A stretch of DNA of 64,000 nt, from positions 1 to 64,000 of the IMG/VR virus record IMGVR_UViG_3300037189_010507, one strand, 5' to 3'. The stretch comes from a virus. The notes beneath the pieces are model-generated. The model was not told where the DNA came from, made no database searches, and saw only the letters and a list, made by a program, of their open reading frames with translations. Positions 54,993 to 64,000 of this stretch are shown here, in pieces; the first letter of the stretch is position 1; each line of letters opens with the position of its first letter. A program made the position numbers and the translations under genes.

Positions 54993-56164
54993 CTTAGATA
55001 AAAACCAAAATGTGTTGATCTTCTTACTTTTCTTGATACTACTTGAAATACATCTGAATTGTATTCACGATGAATTGCAAGCACTAAGTCTGCATCGTAA
55101 GCAAGTTGCTTACTCCATGCTACCTCTTCCAATTCTGGCGGTCTTTCTGAGTGACCTTCATTCATTGTTACTGCTGCTACGTCAATGATAGGGATTCCAT
55201 TTTTAACAGCAATTCTCTTGAATGCCTTTGAAAGATTTTTTGCCTTCTCTGTCTCATTTTTTGCACCACTGGCATCATCAAATAATCCGTGGTAATCCAA
55301 AATAACCATGTCAGGATGATATTGGTCAATCTTTGCTTGAACCATATTTTGATCTGCTGTTTCAAGACCCTCTGATGTTACAAGATAGATAGGATGCTTA
55401 CCTTCAAAGGTTGCTTCAGCCCATCTCTCATAACTATCCACAATGCCCCTATTCGCTTTTACAAGATCGGTATTAGTAAAGTGACCTTCTCCATTGTTTA
55501 ACAATGTGTCAAGTCTCTGCCCCTCCTGTTGCTTATTCATTTCTAATGAAATAATCAATGGGCGATAACCTGCTCTCCAAGCATTAGCAGCAAATAGTCT
55601 AGCAATAAAACTTTTACCAACTCCTGTCCAACCTAAAAGAACAACAAAGTCTCCCGGTTGCCAACCACCAAAAGATTTATCAAGAACTTTAATACCACTT
55701 GGAATCCCAGGAATATCTCTAGCTTCTTGCAAGGATCTTTCTCTTAAGTTGTCTGCTCTATCTTTCCACTCACTTACTAAGTCAGTATCTTTCAAGCTGC
55801 TAGAGAACTTATACAATTGAGATGTTGATTGCATAAGGTAAGCCATTGATTCTTTTGGCCCCATATCTTTGAGTATATTATGAGCCTTAGAAATAATCTG
55901 TCTTGTCTGATAGGACAGAGATTCCCTCTTTGCTTCATCAATATAATAAGTTAATGGTTCAGGTGTGTTAATAAATTCAAAGTCTGGGTAATGATGTTTT
56001 ACCGTATCTTTTGATGGTGTCTTTTTATATTCATCGTAGTGTTGCACTACGAAATTCCAAATGTCACGGTATTCAACAAATACATTCTCAATACCATCGT
56101 TTACTGCCGTTACATATTCTCCAGAATTAAGTAAGGAGTTTATAACCCTTAACTCATAATTCAT
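54947..56164 (-). CDS. dnaB: DnaB-like replicative helicase
   Basis: GWTGVGKS, ISLEM, ILDY, YDADLVL, K.R. Confidence 0.92.
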   Translation of the reverse strand: MNYELRVINSLLNSGEYVTAVNDGIENVFVEYRDIWNFVVQHYDEYKKTPSKDTVKHHYPDFEFINTPEPLTYYIDEAKRESLSYQTRQIISKAHNILKDMGPKESMAYLMQSTSQLYKFSSSLKDTDLVSEWKDRADNLRERSLQEARDIPGIPSGIKVLDKSFGGWQPGDFVVLLGWTGVGKSFIARLFAANAWRAGYRPLIISLEMNKQQEGQRLDTLLNNGEGHFTNTDLVKANRGIVDSYERWAEATFEGKHPIYLVTSEGLETADQNMVQAKIDQYHPDMVILDYHGLFDDASGAKNETEKAKNLSKAFKRIAVKNGIPIIDVAAVTMNEGHSERPPELEEVAWSKQLAYDADLVLAIHREYNSDVFQVVSRKVRRSTHFGFYLRWNLETGKWTEEWEL

Positions 56165-56462
56165 CTGTCATTCGCTTTCTTGTTTCTTCTAATATTGCCT
56201 GAAATTTGCTTTCTGATTTATTATCAAATTGCACCTTGTCTATATATGTCTTAGATTCAATTGCAAAATCAAAAACTAAAACTGGCCCTGACTTTGCTTT
56301 GACAAAAGATTCAATTGCCTTAAACAACAGTTCTGATTCATAGAATTCAGAAATCGCTTTGGCTACTGGTTCTTGCCTTGGTGAATCTGGGATAAACAAC
56401 TTACTGTGCTTTTTGCAACAATCTTGAAAGTGTTGAATTGTCTGTTCTCCAGTTACTTTCAT
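56154..56462 (-). CDS. Hypothetical protein
   Basis: AAGGA RBS before MKVTGEQ. Confidence 0.6.
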   Translation of the reverse strand: MKVTGEQTIQHFQDCCKKHSKLFIPDSPRQEPVAKAISEFYESELLFKAIESFVKAKSGPVLVFDFAIESKTYIDKVQFDNKSESKFQAILEETRKRMTDEL

Positions 56463-56703
56463 CTTCCTTATATGCTCTTTTCCAAATCGTGTTGAGGTAA
56501 TCATACTCTGACATACCCGCAACAACTCCTACAAAATAATCATTTTCTAATGCCATTATTAGGCATTCTTTTTTAACATTACATCTCGCACAGCCAGATT
56601 TTGCATATTTAACATCGTTAAGATCATAAGACAACCATTTGTTGGCAAACTTATCGTTAGCACAAACTGCCTCATCTCTCCAACTACTTTGTTGTTGCAT
56701 CAT
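56401..56703 (-). CDS. whiB: Divergent WhiB-family protein
   Basis: WRDEAVC...AKSGCARCNVKKECLIMAL...GVVAGMS. Confidence 0.75.
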   Translation of the reverse strand: MMQQQSSWRDEAVCANDKFANKWLSYDLNDVKYAKSGCARCNVKKECLIMALENDYFVGVVAGMSEYDYLNTIWKRAYKEDESNWRTDNSTLSRLLQKAQ

Positions 56704-56887
56704 CCAACTCTTTGAGTTTCGCTTCAATTTGCAAATCAATAGAATCCCAAAGCTTTTTCCAAGCTACTTCGTCTTCTAAAGATGATGCCATTGTCTTTGC
56801 ACCTGCATCCAATCTTAGCGACTCATAGTTGCCAAGATTTTTTGTGATGCCAAGTGATGCCCAAATTTCTACTTTTTCTTCTGCCAT
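56684..56887 (-). CDS. Conserved-looking actinophage hypothetical protein
   Basis: LGITKNLGNYESLRLD. Confidence 0.7.
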   Translation of the reverse strand: MAEEKVEIWASLGITKNLGNYESLRLDAGAKTMASSLEDEVAWKKLWDSIDLQIEAKLKELDDATTK

Positions 56888-56894
56888 AATTACC

Positions 56895-57329
56895 TCAGAA
56901 TTTTAATTTTACTTTCTGTTCAATTGATTTAATTTTTGAATTAACATCAATACTTTTACTTTGCGCTGGTCTTCCCGGAATCCTAGTGTTAAAGAATTCA
57001 ATCATCTCATAAATGTCTGATTCTTCATAATATCTCCAGTTTTCATAGCTTTTATACTTATCCCCAAATTTATTTGGTGAGGGAATAAGATTTTTTTTCT
57101 CATACTTTCTTAGGGTATCAGATCTTTTTTCTACAATCTTTGCAACTTCTCCAACAGTATAAAGTCGTGTTAGAAGAATTTCGCATTGCTCGTATGGTAT
57201 CAGAATAGATTCTCCATTGTCCAGCCTTTCGGCAAGAATCTTATTAGAATTTTTGCTGATTTTTTTTAATTTCACAATAGTATTTGCGTATCTATAAAAC
57301 TTATTTAGAACTGGTTTTCTTGTTATCAT
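56895..57329 (-). CDS. MerR-type HTH DNA-binding protein
   Basis: YTVGEVAKIV...TLRKYEKKNLIP...WRYYEESDI. Confidence 0.85.
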   Translation of the reverse strand: MITRKPVLNKFYRYANTIVKLKKISKNSNKILAERLDNGESILIPYEQCEILLTRLYTVGEVAKIVEKRSDTLRKYEKKNLIPSPNKFGDKYKSYENWRYYEESDIYEMIEFFNTRIPGRPAQSKSIDVNSKIKSIEQKVKLKF

Positions 57330-57513
57330 TTACAACCACTTTCTCATGCTTAAGTTTTTCTAAAAATATATTTAATTTTTCAACCTCAATATCTTTGGTA
57401 TCACTACATATTACACATGTAACATCAACATAGTAAGTTCCATATACATAATATGGTTCACCAATAAACTTAGGTCCACTACATACAGCACACTTAAGTC
57501 TAATTTTATCCAT
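57301..57513 (-). CDS. Small zinc-ribbon protein
   Basis: CAVC...CVIC. Confidence 0.6.
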   Translation of the reverse strand: MDKIRLKCAVCSGPKFIGEPYYVYGTYYVDVTCVICSDTKDIEVEKLNIFLEKLKHEKVVVNDNKKTSSK

Positions 57514-57514
57514 A

Positions 57515-58681
57515 TTAGTCCAACCAGCAAGTATACTCGGCAGTTACTATTCCCTTTTCTGGGTGGATAAACATCAACGGCTGTGATGCTTTACCAATAG
57601 CAGCAAGACTCTCCATTGCGTATGTATTAGTTGATTCAGGGCTTCCTGAGATGCGACATTGAACACTATTAAATGTCATCTTAGTTGGAGTATGGAAGTG
57701 CCCAAAATAAACATCATCAAAATCCTCCTCAATTGCTCCTACTTTCCATCCATAAATTTTCTTTTGGAATGAGTAGAGAGTTGAAAGACTGCCAAATTGA
57801 TCACCATGAATTAACAATGACTTATAGTTGCCAATTGTGTCAATTGCATACCAGTTTCTTTCACCACGACCATCTGGGATAATAAACTTAATCCTCTTTT
57901 CATTTTCAAACATAAGTTGAACAATGCGATAAAGCATTCTATCTCCGTTTGTTTCGGGATCGTGGTCTCTTCTTGCTCTACCGCCAATTGAACCATGATT
58001 ACCAATTACACCGACAAATGTAACTGTTTCAAAATTCTCAAGCATCTTTGTCAAGAAATTCTTAATAATCCTTGGTCCATCAACAGTGATTTGACGATAC
58101 AAGCCTCCATCAACCAAGAAGCTCTGACCGGGAAAGATTAATTCTCCTTCAACAATATCTCCTAAAGCCCAAACATGTAGGTGCTTAACTGGATGTTCAG
58201 TTCTCTGAATTTCTGTCAGTCTGATTACAGTATCAGCATACTGTTCAATTCTCTTTTCACAAATTTCAGAATTATAAGTAGGAGTTACTTTTGCTAACTG
58301 CCAGTCTGCAATCACAGCAACAGCAACTTCTTCTGAGTGCTTTCTTTTATCTTTTGCAGGTGCTGGTACACGGATAATCTTGTTATCCTTGATATCTTCC
58401 TTGACTGCACGATATACAGCATCTGCAATAGCGTCTTGCTTTGTCTTAATTTTTTCATACTCTTGCAGTAGTTTTGCATATGAAACTTTAAGTTCAGATT
58501 CAGTAGTTGGGGCTTTCCCAATAACTGGATTTACAGGGATTTCTACAAGCCCATTTTCTTTTCTAAACTTGCACAGTCCAAGAGAATCAATTGATTTTCT
58601 ACAACTCGGATCTGCGTATTTTTGGTTTTGTGTATTTGGTTCAAAGGTCTGATTACAACCTTCTGCTCCACATTCTTTCAT
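57515..58681 (-). CDS. Calcineurin-like metallophosphoesterase
   Basis: ADWQ, GDIVEG, GNHG, IHGD, GHFH. Confidence 0.85.
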   Translation of the reverse strand: MKECGAEGCNQTFEPNTQNQKYADPSCRKSIDSLGLCKFRKENGLVEIPVNPVIGKAPTTESELKVSYAKLLQEYEKIKTKQDAIADAVYRAVKEDIKDNKIIRVPAPAKDKRKHSEEVAVAVIADWQLAKVTPTYNSEICEKRIEQYADTVIRLTEIQRTEHPVKHLHVWALGDIVEGELIFPGQSFLVDGGLYRQITVDGPRIIKNFLTKMLENFETVTFVGVIGNHGSIGGRARRDHDPETNGDRMLYRIVQLMFENEKRIKFIIPDGRGERNWYAIDTIGNYKSLLIHGDQFGSLSTLYSFQKKIYGWKVGAIEEDFDDVYFGHFHTPTKMTFNSVQCRISGSPESTNTYAMESLAAIGKASQPLMFIHPEKGIVTAEYTCWLD

Positions 58682-58722
58682 AGGGACTCCTTCTCAGTCC
58701 CGAATATCATACCATAGGATAT

Positions 58723-59166
58723 TTAGATGTTTGGTCTTTTTAATCTATTTTCTATTGGTTTATTTTGAGCATGATTTCTTTTCTTTGTATGAGGCTTTGT
58801 TTTCTTTACAGTCTCCCTCATTTTGTCTTTTCGACTTGCAGAAGGTTTATGGCCTTCTTTATGTACAGCACTATGCTCAGAATGTGTACAAAGAAAAAGA
58901 TTATCTAATCTATTATCAACTTTTATTTCATTAATGTGATGAACAGTTTCCCAAGGTTCTAGATATCTACCAAGATATTCTTCCATAACAAGACGGTGTT
59001 CATATGCGTAACCACGAATATTACGCGGGTGATCAGTCTTAAGGACTCTTACATACCCTTTATCGTCAATATATTTTCCGCCGTTATAGTTGGCGCTATC
59101 TTCACCAGATGGAAGACTATCTGACCACTTAACATCTTTTCTTTTAGACGCAAGTTCTCTTGGCAT
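58723..59166 (-). CDS. HNH endonuclease (HNH_3-type)
   Basis: YEHRLVME...VHHINEIKVDNRLDNL...H...H. Confidence 0.9.
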   Translation of the reverse strand: MPRELASKRKDVKWSDSLPSGEDSANYNGGKYIDDKGYVRVLKTDHPRNIRGYAYEHRLVMEEYLGRYLEPWETVHHINEIKVDNRLDNLFLCTHSEHSAVHKEGHKPSASRKDKMRETVKKTKPHTKKRNHAQNKPIENRLKRPNI

Positions 59167-59169
59167 ATT

Positions 59170-59841
59170 TTATGCTTGGCCAATCCACTCGCCAATATCT
59201 TCAATATAAAATTGCATTTTACCAGCAGCCCCAAGAACTGTCCAGCCAGATGCATTATTTGAGTTTGATTTGTATCTTTCAAGTTCAACAATATGACTTT
59301 GATTATTAGCATTAGTTCCTTGAAATACATACGAGTATGTCCCAGCTCCAAAAACAATATCACTTCTTAAGGTTATATTATTAGTAGTAGGAGCCTCTGC
59401 ATCTGTGTTAATATATAATCCAGCACCAGATGATAAAACAAATGTGCTAAGAATTGTACCAGTATTGGCAGTATTTCCAGTTCTAAATCTTATATAGTAA
59501 ATACTGTCTTCACCACCAGCATCAGCTTGCACAATACCTGGGCAGATAAAAGTTAATCTATAGTATCTTTGTGAAGATAATGTAACTCTATTGTCATAAG
59601 CAACGTTGCCTTCTGTTTCTTGAGTTAGCGAAATAATTTTAGTATGTTTAAAAATATCACCTGCAACTGAACCATTTGAAACATTCCCAGTTGCCTCTCT
59701 TATTTTTAAGATCCCCTTTGGTTTGCTGTCATTGACAAGTTTTACTTGATCAATATTTGTAGACATTTGGTTAAGTCTTACACTTGTAATGGGGGTAAGG
59801 TCTGACCAAGAGACTGTTGAATAATTTGTATAATCAGGCAT
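59170..59841 (-). CDS. Putative tail-associated structural protein
   Basis: W...TPITSVRLNQM N-terminus; beta-rich; ends EDIG. Confidence 0.6.
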   Translation of the reverse strand: MPDYTNYSTVSWSDLTPITSVRLNQMSTNIDQVKLVNDSKPKGILKIREATGNVSNGSVAGDIFKHTKIISLTQETEGNVAYDNRVTLSSQRYYRLTFICPGIVQADAGGEDSIYYIRFRTGNTANTGTILSTFVLSSGAGLYINTDAEAPTTNNITLRSDIVFGAGTYSYVFQGTNANNQSHIVELERYKSNSNNASGWTVLGAAGKMQFYIEDIGEWIGQA

Positions 59842-59849
59842 ACTATCTA

Positions 59850-61145
59850 TTATACACCTTCAAGAGCCTGTAATCTAGCCTCTAAAACCTCTATTTTCTC
59901 CATCAGCATTTTGATTCCAGCAGTCAAAATAGGTGTTAGTTTTGAATAATCAACTTGTTGGTACTGTGGATAGCCATCTTCATTTATTGCATCTTTATCA
60001 CCAGATACTGCATATGGGATAATTTCTTGAAGTTCATGAGCAATAAAACCATGCGACCATTGATCAGGGTCAGATACCCAATTGAATTCAACTGGTTTTA
60101 ACTTATTTAAAATTTCTTCTATATTTGAAATAATTTTAATATTTGTTTTTAATCTATAATCAGAGCCTGAATTATAGCTTGTTCCACCTCCTGTAACTTT
60201 AATATCTCCAACTACTGAACCTCTTCTTCTAAATTCAGCAATTAATACAGGGTCGCTACCGCTTGTTGTTTGATTTAAAACCAAACACCCTCCTGGTCTA
60301 GTAAATGTTGCAAATCCAGAACTTGACAACCAACCACCAGATGCGCCTGTACCACCACTTGATTGGTTGGTATCATTGCCAATTCCAGCACTTGTTGTAA
60401 CCAGTAATTGATCAATACTTCCTTCACCACTAATTGACAGACCAGGAGAGTCAACAGATGTTGATGTAATTTGTGTATTAGTAACAGTTCCACCAATATT
60501 ACTTGAAACAGTCATACCATCAGAGTCAATTAAGATATCATAATAATATGATGGGGTAGCAAAGCCTGCGGGGATATACGAATGTAGATTCATTATTCCA
60601 TTACTATATAATGCCGTATAATTTGCATTTAGCGTTGGGGCTTGTCCTGCATAAATCTTATCTGCACCTAAAGTCCAGCCGCCAATTGTTCCGCTATTTG
60701 ATATGACAGTACCCCTCATTGTCACATTGCTAAACTCAGCGTTACCATTGCTATATATTGCCCAACCAACACTACCGCTTTGGAATCCATTGCTTTTAAT
60801 AATATTATTAACTAAGATTATATTTGATGAAAGTTCATTAGCAGTAATTGTGCCTGCTGCTATCTCATTTGCTGTAATGGCATTTGCCTGAACTCTAATA
60901 CCTCTTGGGTTTAAAACCCTTTCCTCAACTGCACTTACAATAAATGTTTTAAGGCTTATAACATTATTCTCCTCAAATGCTCTTCTTGAAGTGCCAGGAC
61001 TTGCAACTGGATAGGTAATAAAATCAAAAATGGAGTATTTAGTATAATCAATTAAATTAGATGTTAGGCCATCATGTCGGTGACCAATATCTCTTTTAAA
61101 AATAACTTGATTTTCATTTATATTAATTTTTGGGTCAATTGCCAT
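59850..61145 (-). CDS. Tail fibre/spike with C-terminal intramolecular chaperone (peptidase S74)
   Basis: GWAIYSNGNAEF, GTIGGW; SDYRLKTNI...LKPVEF...GFIAHELQ...VDYSKL + coiled coil. Confidence 0.85.
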   Translation of the reverse strand: MAIDPKININENQVIFKRDIGHRHDGLTSNLIDYTKYSIFDFITYPVASPGTSRRAFEENNVISLKTFIVSAVEERVLNPRGIRVQANAITANEIAAGTITANELSSNIILVNNIIKSNGFQSGSVGWAIYSNGNAEFSNVTMRGTVISNSGTIGGWTLGADKIYAGQAPTLNANYTALYSNGIMNLHSYIPAGFATPSYYYDILIDSDGMTVSSNIGGTVTNTQITSTSVDSPGLSISGEGSIDQLLVTTSAGIGNDTNQSSGGTGASGGWLSSSGFATFTRPGGCLVLNQTTSGSDPVLIAEFRRRGSVVGDIKVTGGGTSYNSGSDYRLKTNIKIISNIEEILNKLKPVEFNWVSDPDQWSHGFIAHELQEIIPYAVSGDKDAINEDGYPQYQQVDYSKLTPILTAGIKMLMEKIEVLEARLQALEGV

Positions 61146-64000
61146 TATGTAACCTTCCTTAATGTAAGAGATTGACTTAAAGATTCGCCATACCCAAATT
61201 CTTGTGATATTACCCAATAATCTTGATTTGTAAGATCAAATGAATTAAATGATGTAATTCTAATTCTATCACCTAATTGAATTTTTGGGACACACATTGT
61301 ATTAATTGTTATAATTGGAACAGGATCGCTTACTTTTTCAATTATAAAATCAGCCAATTTTTGAGCATGCTCTTCTGATGTGATATAAGGACTTTCAATA
61401 GTTAATTCTTTCAAACCATACTTACGAATATTTTCAGAAAGTGAATCTTTTTTTTCAGTAATTTGAGCATTGTTTAAAGTCGCAATAATTGGATTTCCAC
61501 GAATTTCAAAAGAAGATATAATATTTGTTCTTGGGTCTTCTCCCTGTACATATATGTGATTGTCATAATCAACATTTGCCGATGCTGCGAAAATTAATCT
61601 AGATGTATAAGGACCACTTTCAAATTTAATTATATCAACAGTATTCGGCTCATCATAAACAATCCCGGTTGATATAGGATACTTAACCGCAATTGCTGGT
61701 TTCTTATCATATGTAACTTCATATGATCTAGCTTCTCTTATTTTTGTATTAGCAGCAACATTGCCAAGAATTGGAGTCCCGAATTTGCCTCTTTCCACAT
61801 TTAAAAAATAATTATCAGATTTAGAACGATATCGAACAATTTCAGTTTGTCCAGCGCTAGTGAAAGCTAAATACCCAACATTGGGAAATACTGGACTTGT
61901 CGTTGAGGAAACATGGATTCCATCATGCGATGATAATATTGGTGTTATTAATTTAACAACCCCAAGTGTTGTTTTGTCTTCTACTGCCCATAAAACTTCT
62001 GGGAAAAGTGCAACTTTTGTAACTGCTGATATCTTTACAACAACTTTATTTGTTTGCAATTGAACATTCAAACTGCCATCGATAATATTTGTTGTATCGC
62101 TAAAGCTATATTGAATATTTGAATGTTGATCTATTGAAGATTCAAAAAATCTATTATAATGTTCGTACCTAGCAAACCCTTCTTCATCTATATAGAATCT
62201 TCCTAAATCAGCCAGTGTGATTTCATCAATAGCCCCTCGTAGATTTTCCTGTTCTGAATAGATATATGGAAAAATTTCAGTGTAAGCAATTTGTGAAGAT
62301 ATATATCTATTTTTAACTTCTTGTGATGTTAGACACTTTTTATATATTGCAAATTCATCAATAATCAATTCTCTTGTTGTTGATGGAGCTTGCTCTGCAC
62401 CAGATGCAACATTGTAATAAGAACCCCTTCCGCCAACTGTAATATCAGATTGACTTAAGACAACATTCCCATTTACTGTATCTGTATCTTTTAAATCACC
62501 ATTTATATAATACGATAATAAATTACTTGCAGAATCGTAACTTACGAGGATATGGTAAAATTCAGATTGTAAAAGATCAGTTGTATCAGAAACAGATGCT
62601 GTTGTAATTGTTGGTCCTGTTGTTTTAATTTTAAAACCATGACTTGATGTATCATTATAATAAAATTCAAAACCATTATTTGGATTATTATTAGCCCAGC
62701 AAGAAAGATATTCTCCATCACCAGTAGAAAAATGTCCATCATTAAATTTACATATTAATTCAATAGTAAAATCTTCTTCTGTAACCGCAATTGATTCATG
62801 ATTTGGAATTCTTATGTATGCACTATTTGTTAATAATATGCCAGTATTGTCGTTATCAGATACCAATCCAGTTGCATAACTCAATTGAGCATTACTATGA
62901 ATAAAGGCATCATTTTGATGATGATTTAAAGCAATATTATTTATAGCGTATGTAGTTGGCACAATGCCAGTTAAATTTCTTGATCCAAGACCATCTCTTG
63001 CAACAACTGAACGGAATTGCGCTGCGTTCAGCAATGTTTTTGTTGAAGATATATAGGAATGCAAACTCATTGAAAAATTTGCATTTCCTGGACCATGGAA
63101 GAAATCGATTCTTATTTTATAAGGAACGCCAGCAGTTAAGTTTTGACTAATTGTTGTCAAAGATACAGATGAATTTTCCCCATAGGATTCAGCCAATAGA
63201 ATATCGTCTATGTAAATACGACCTCCACCATTTGAAATATCAAGAATAAGACTTTGTGAGCCTGATGTTTTGGGGAAATAATACCCGTCTACGACTCCGT
63301 TAAAATACTTTGTATATGTAACAGAGTTTACATTTCCCAAGAATGAAAAATTAGACAAATTTAGAGCATTTGTATTTGAAACAGATATTTCTGTTGATAT
63401 TCTAGTTGAATCTGGAACTGCATAGACAGCTTCTCCTTTTATTCTTTCTTCAACTGATATATTCTTTTCTAGAATATCTGCTTTTATTGTTTTATAGTCG
63501 GCTTCAAAACCTGGTCTCATGCCCCAGAATCTGCATCTTAATCCTGGATTAAGAGTTGTCAAGACTCCATTTTTATCAATAGCATCTTCACTAAAAGAAT
63601 ATCTGACAACACCGCCAAGTTGGGAAATCCCCTTACTGTACGGAAGATTATGTGAATAGTCTGCTTTTGGGAAGTTTCTTCTCAAAACAAGATTTTGGAC
63701 AGCCTCACTCATTGTTTTGTTTTCAACTAGGAAACCATTTGTTAATTTTGTTTCAGATAAAAATTTTGACCAATCAGATCCTGTTACAGATACGGTCATA
63801 TCACTAGTTGAGGTTGTCCATTCATCTACATAAAATGTACCCATAGATACATATTCATAGGGATCAAATTGAACAATAGAGCCAGCTGTATGAGCATTTG
63901 TGTCAGTTTGCTGAATTCCTCTTTCTGAGAGACTGATTGTATTAGTTGATGTTACAGCATTGCATAATATAATTTCTCTATTTTCTTTATTTGGATTTAG
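61145..64000 (-). CDS. Large minor tail protein with PA14-like and LamG-like domains (5' end beyond window)
   Basis: Frame open to the window edge; GGRIYIDD...LTAGVPYKIRIDF (PA14-like); FTIE...HI.V.YD...YING...IDEFAIY (LamG-like). Confidence 0.75.
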   Translation of the reverse strand, partial: LNPNKENREIILCNAVTSTNTISLSERGIQQTDTNAHTAGSIVQFDPYEYVSMGTFYVDEWTTSTSDMTVSVTGSDWSKFLSETKLTNGFLVENKTMSEAVQNLVLRRNFPKADYSHNLPYSKGISQLGGVVRYSFSEDAIDKNGVLTTLNPGLRCRFWGMRPGFEADYKTIKADILEKNISVEERIKGEAVYAVPDSTRISTEISVSNTNALNLSNFSFLGNVNSVTYTKYFNGVVDGYYFPKTSGSQSLILDISNGGGRIYIDDILLAESYGENSSVSLTTISQNLTAGVPYKIRIDFFHGPGNANFSMSLHSYISSTKTLLNAAQFRSVVARDGLGSRNLTGIVPTTYAINNIALNHHQNDAFIHSNAQLSYATGLVSDNDNTGILLTNSAYIRIPNHESIAVTEEDFTIELICKFNDGHFSTGDGEYLSCWANNNPNNGFEFYYNDTSSHGFKIKTTGPTITTASVSDTTDLLQSEFYHILVSYDSASNLLSYYINGDLKDTDTVNGNVVLSQSDITVGGRGSYYNVASGAEQAPSTTRELIIDEFAIYKKCLTSQEVKNRYISSQIAYTEIFPYIYSEQENLRGAIDEITLADLGRFYIDEEGFARYEHYNRFFESSIDQHSNIQYSFSDTTNIIDGSLNVQLQTNKVVVKISAVTKVALFPEVLWAVEDKTTLGVVKLITPILSSHDGIHVSSTTSPVFPNVGYLAFTSAGQTEIVRYRSKSDNYFLNVERGKFGTPILGNVAANTKIREARSYEVTYDKKPAIAVKYPISTGIVYDEPNTVDIIKFESGPYTSRLIFAASANVDYDNHIYVQGEDPRTNIISSFEIRGNPIIATLNNAQITEKKDSLSENIRKYGLKELTIESPYITSEEHAQKLADFIIEKVSDPVPIITINTMCVPKIQLGDRIRITSFNSFDLTNQDYWVISQEFGYGESLSQSLTLRKVT

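Noticed and set aside
1-64000. Alternative genetic code (stop-codon reassignment)
   Set aside because: Conserved genes are intact under the standard code and end in TAA, TAG and TGA; no suppressor tRNA seen.

Overview
This is a 64 kb internal segment of a large, AT-rich tailed dsDNA phage. The host is most likely an actinobacterium: there are two WhiB genes, an MSMEG_6728-type glycosylase, and many leaderless TANNNT-N6/7-ATG starts. Layout: (1) 1-5.6 kb, + strand accessory genes (holin-like, HTH, Nmad1/DUF1599, Ntn protease, FmdB, 2OG-Fe(II) oxygenase). (2) About 5.7-13.6 kb, a compositionally distinct block of about 12 single-gene transcription units with visibly more GC-rich genes. Each unit reads sigmaA-like promoter, small gene, usually a terminator, a 38-40 bp covarying palindrome, then a TTTAGT-type box starting 28 nt after the palindrome. 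The block ends in an AT-rich tract with GTAATATTAC palindromes, two perfect DnaA boxes and 21-bp-period repeats. (3) 13.7-34.2 kb, about 50 small - strand genes plus tRNA-Arg(UCU) and tRNA-Ile(UAU). (4) 34.6-59.2 kb, packaging, recombination, DNA-modification and replication genes (TerL, RuvC, Cas4-like nuclease, Dcm, Dam, RecA, glycosyltransferases/FkbM, DnaE, SSB, primase, DnaB). (5) 59.2-64 kb, tail genes. The most unusual element is the cassette-like array in block 2, with its fixed-geometry bipartite site and its expanded FEFID...RGRK basic protein family. All protein calls come from motif recognition by eye; no database search was run.
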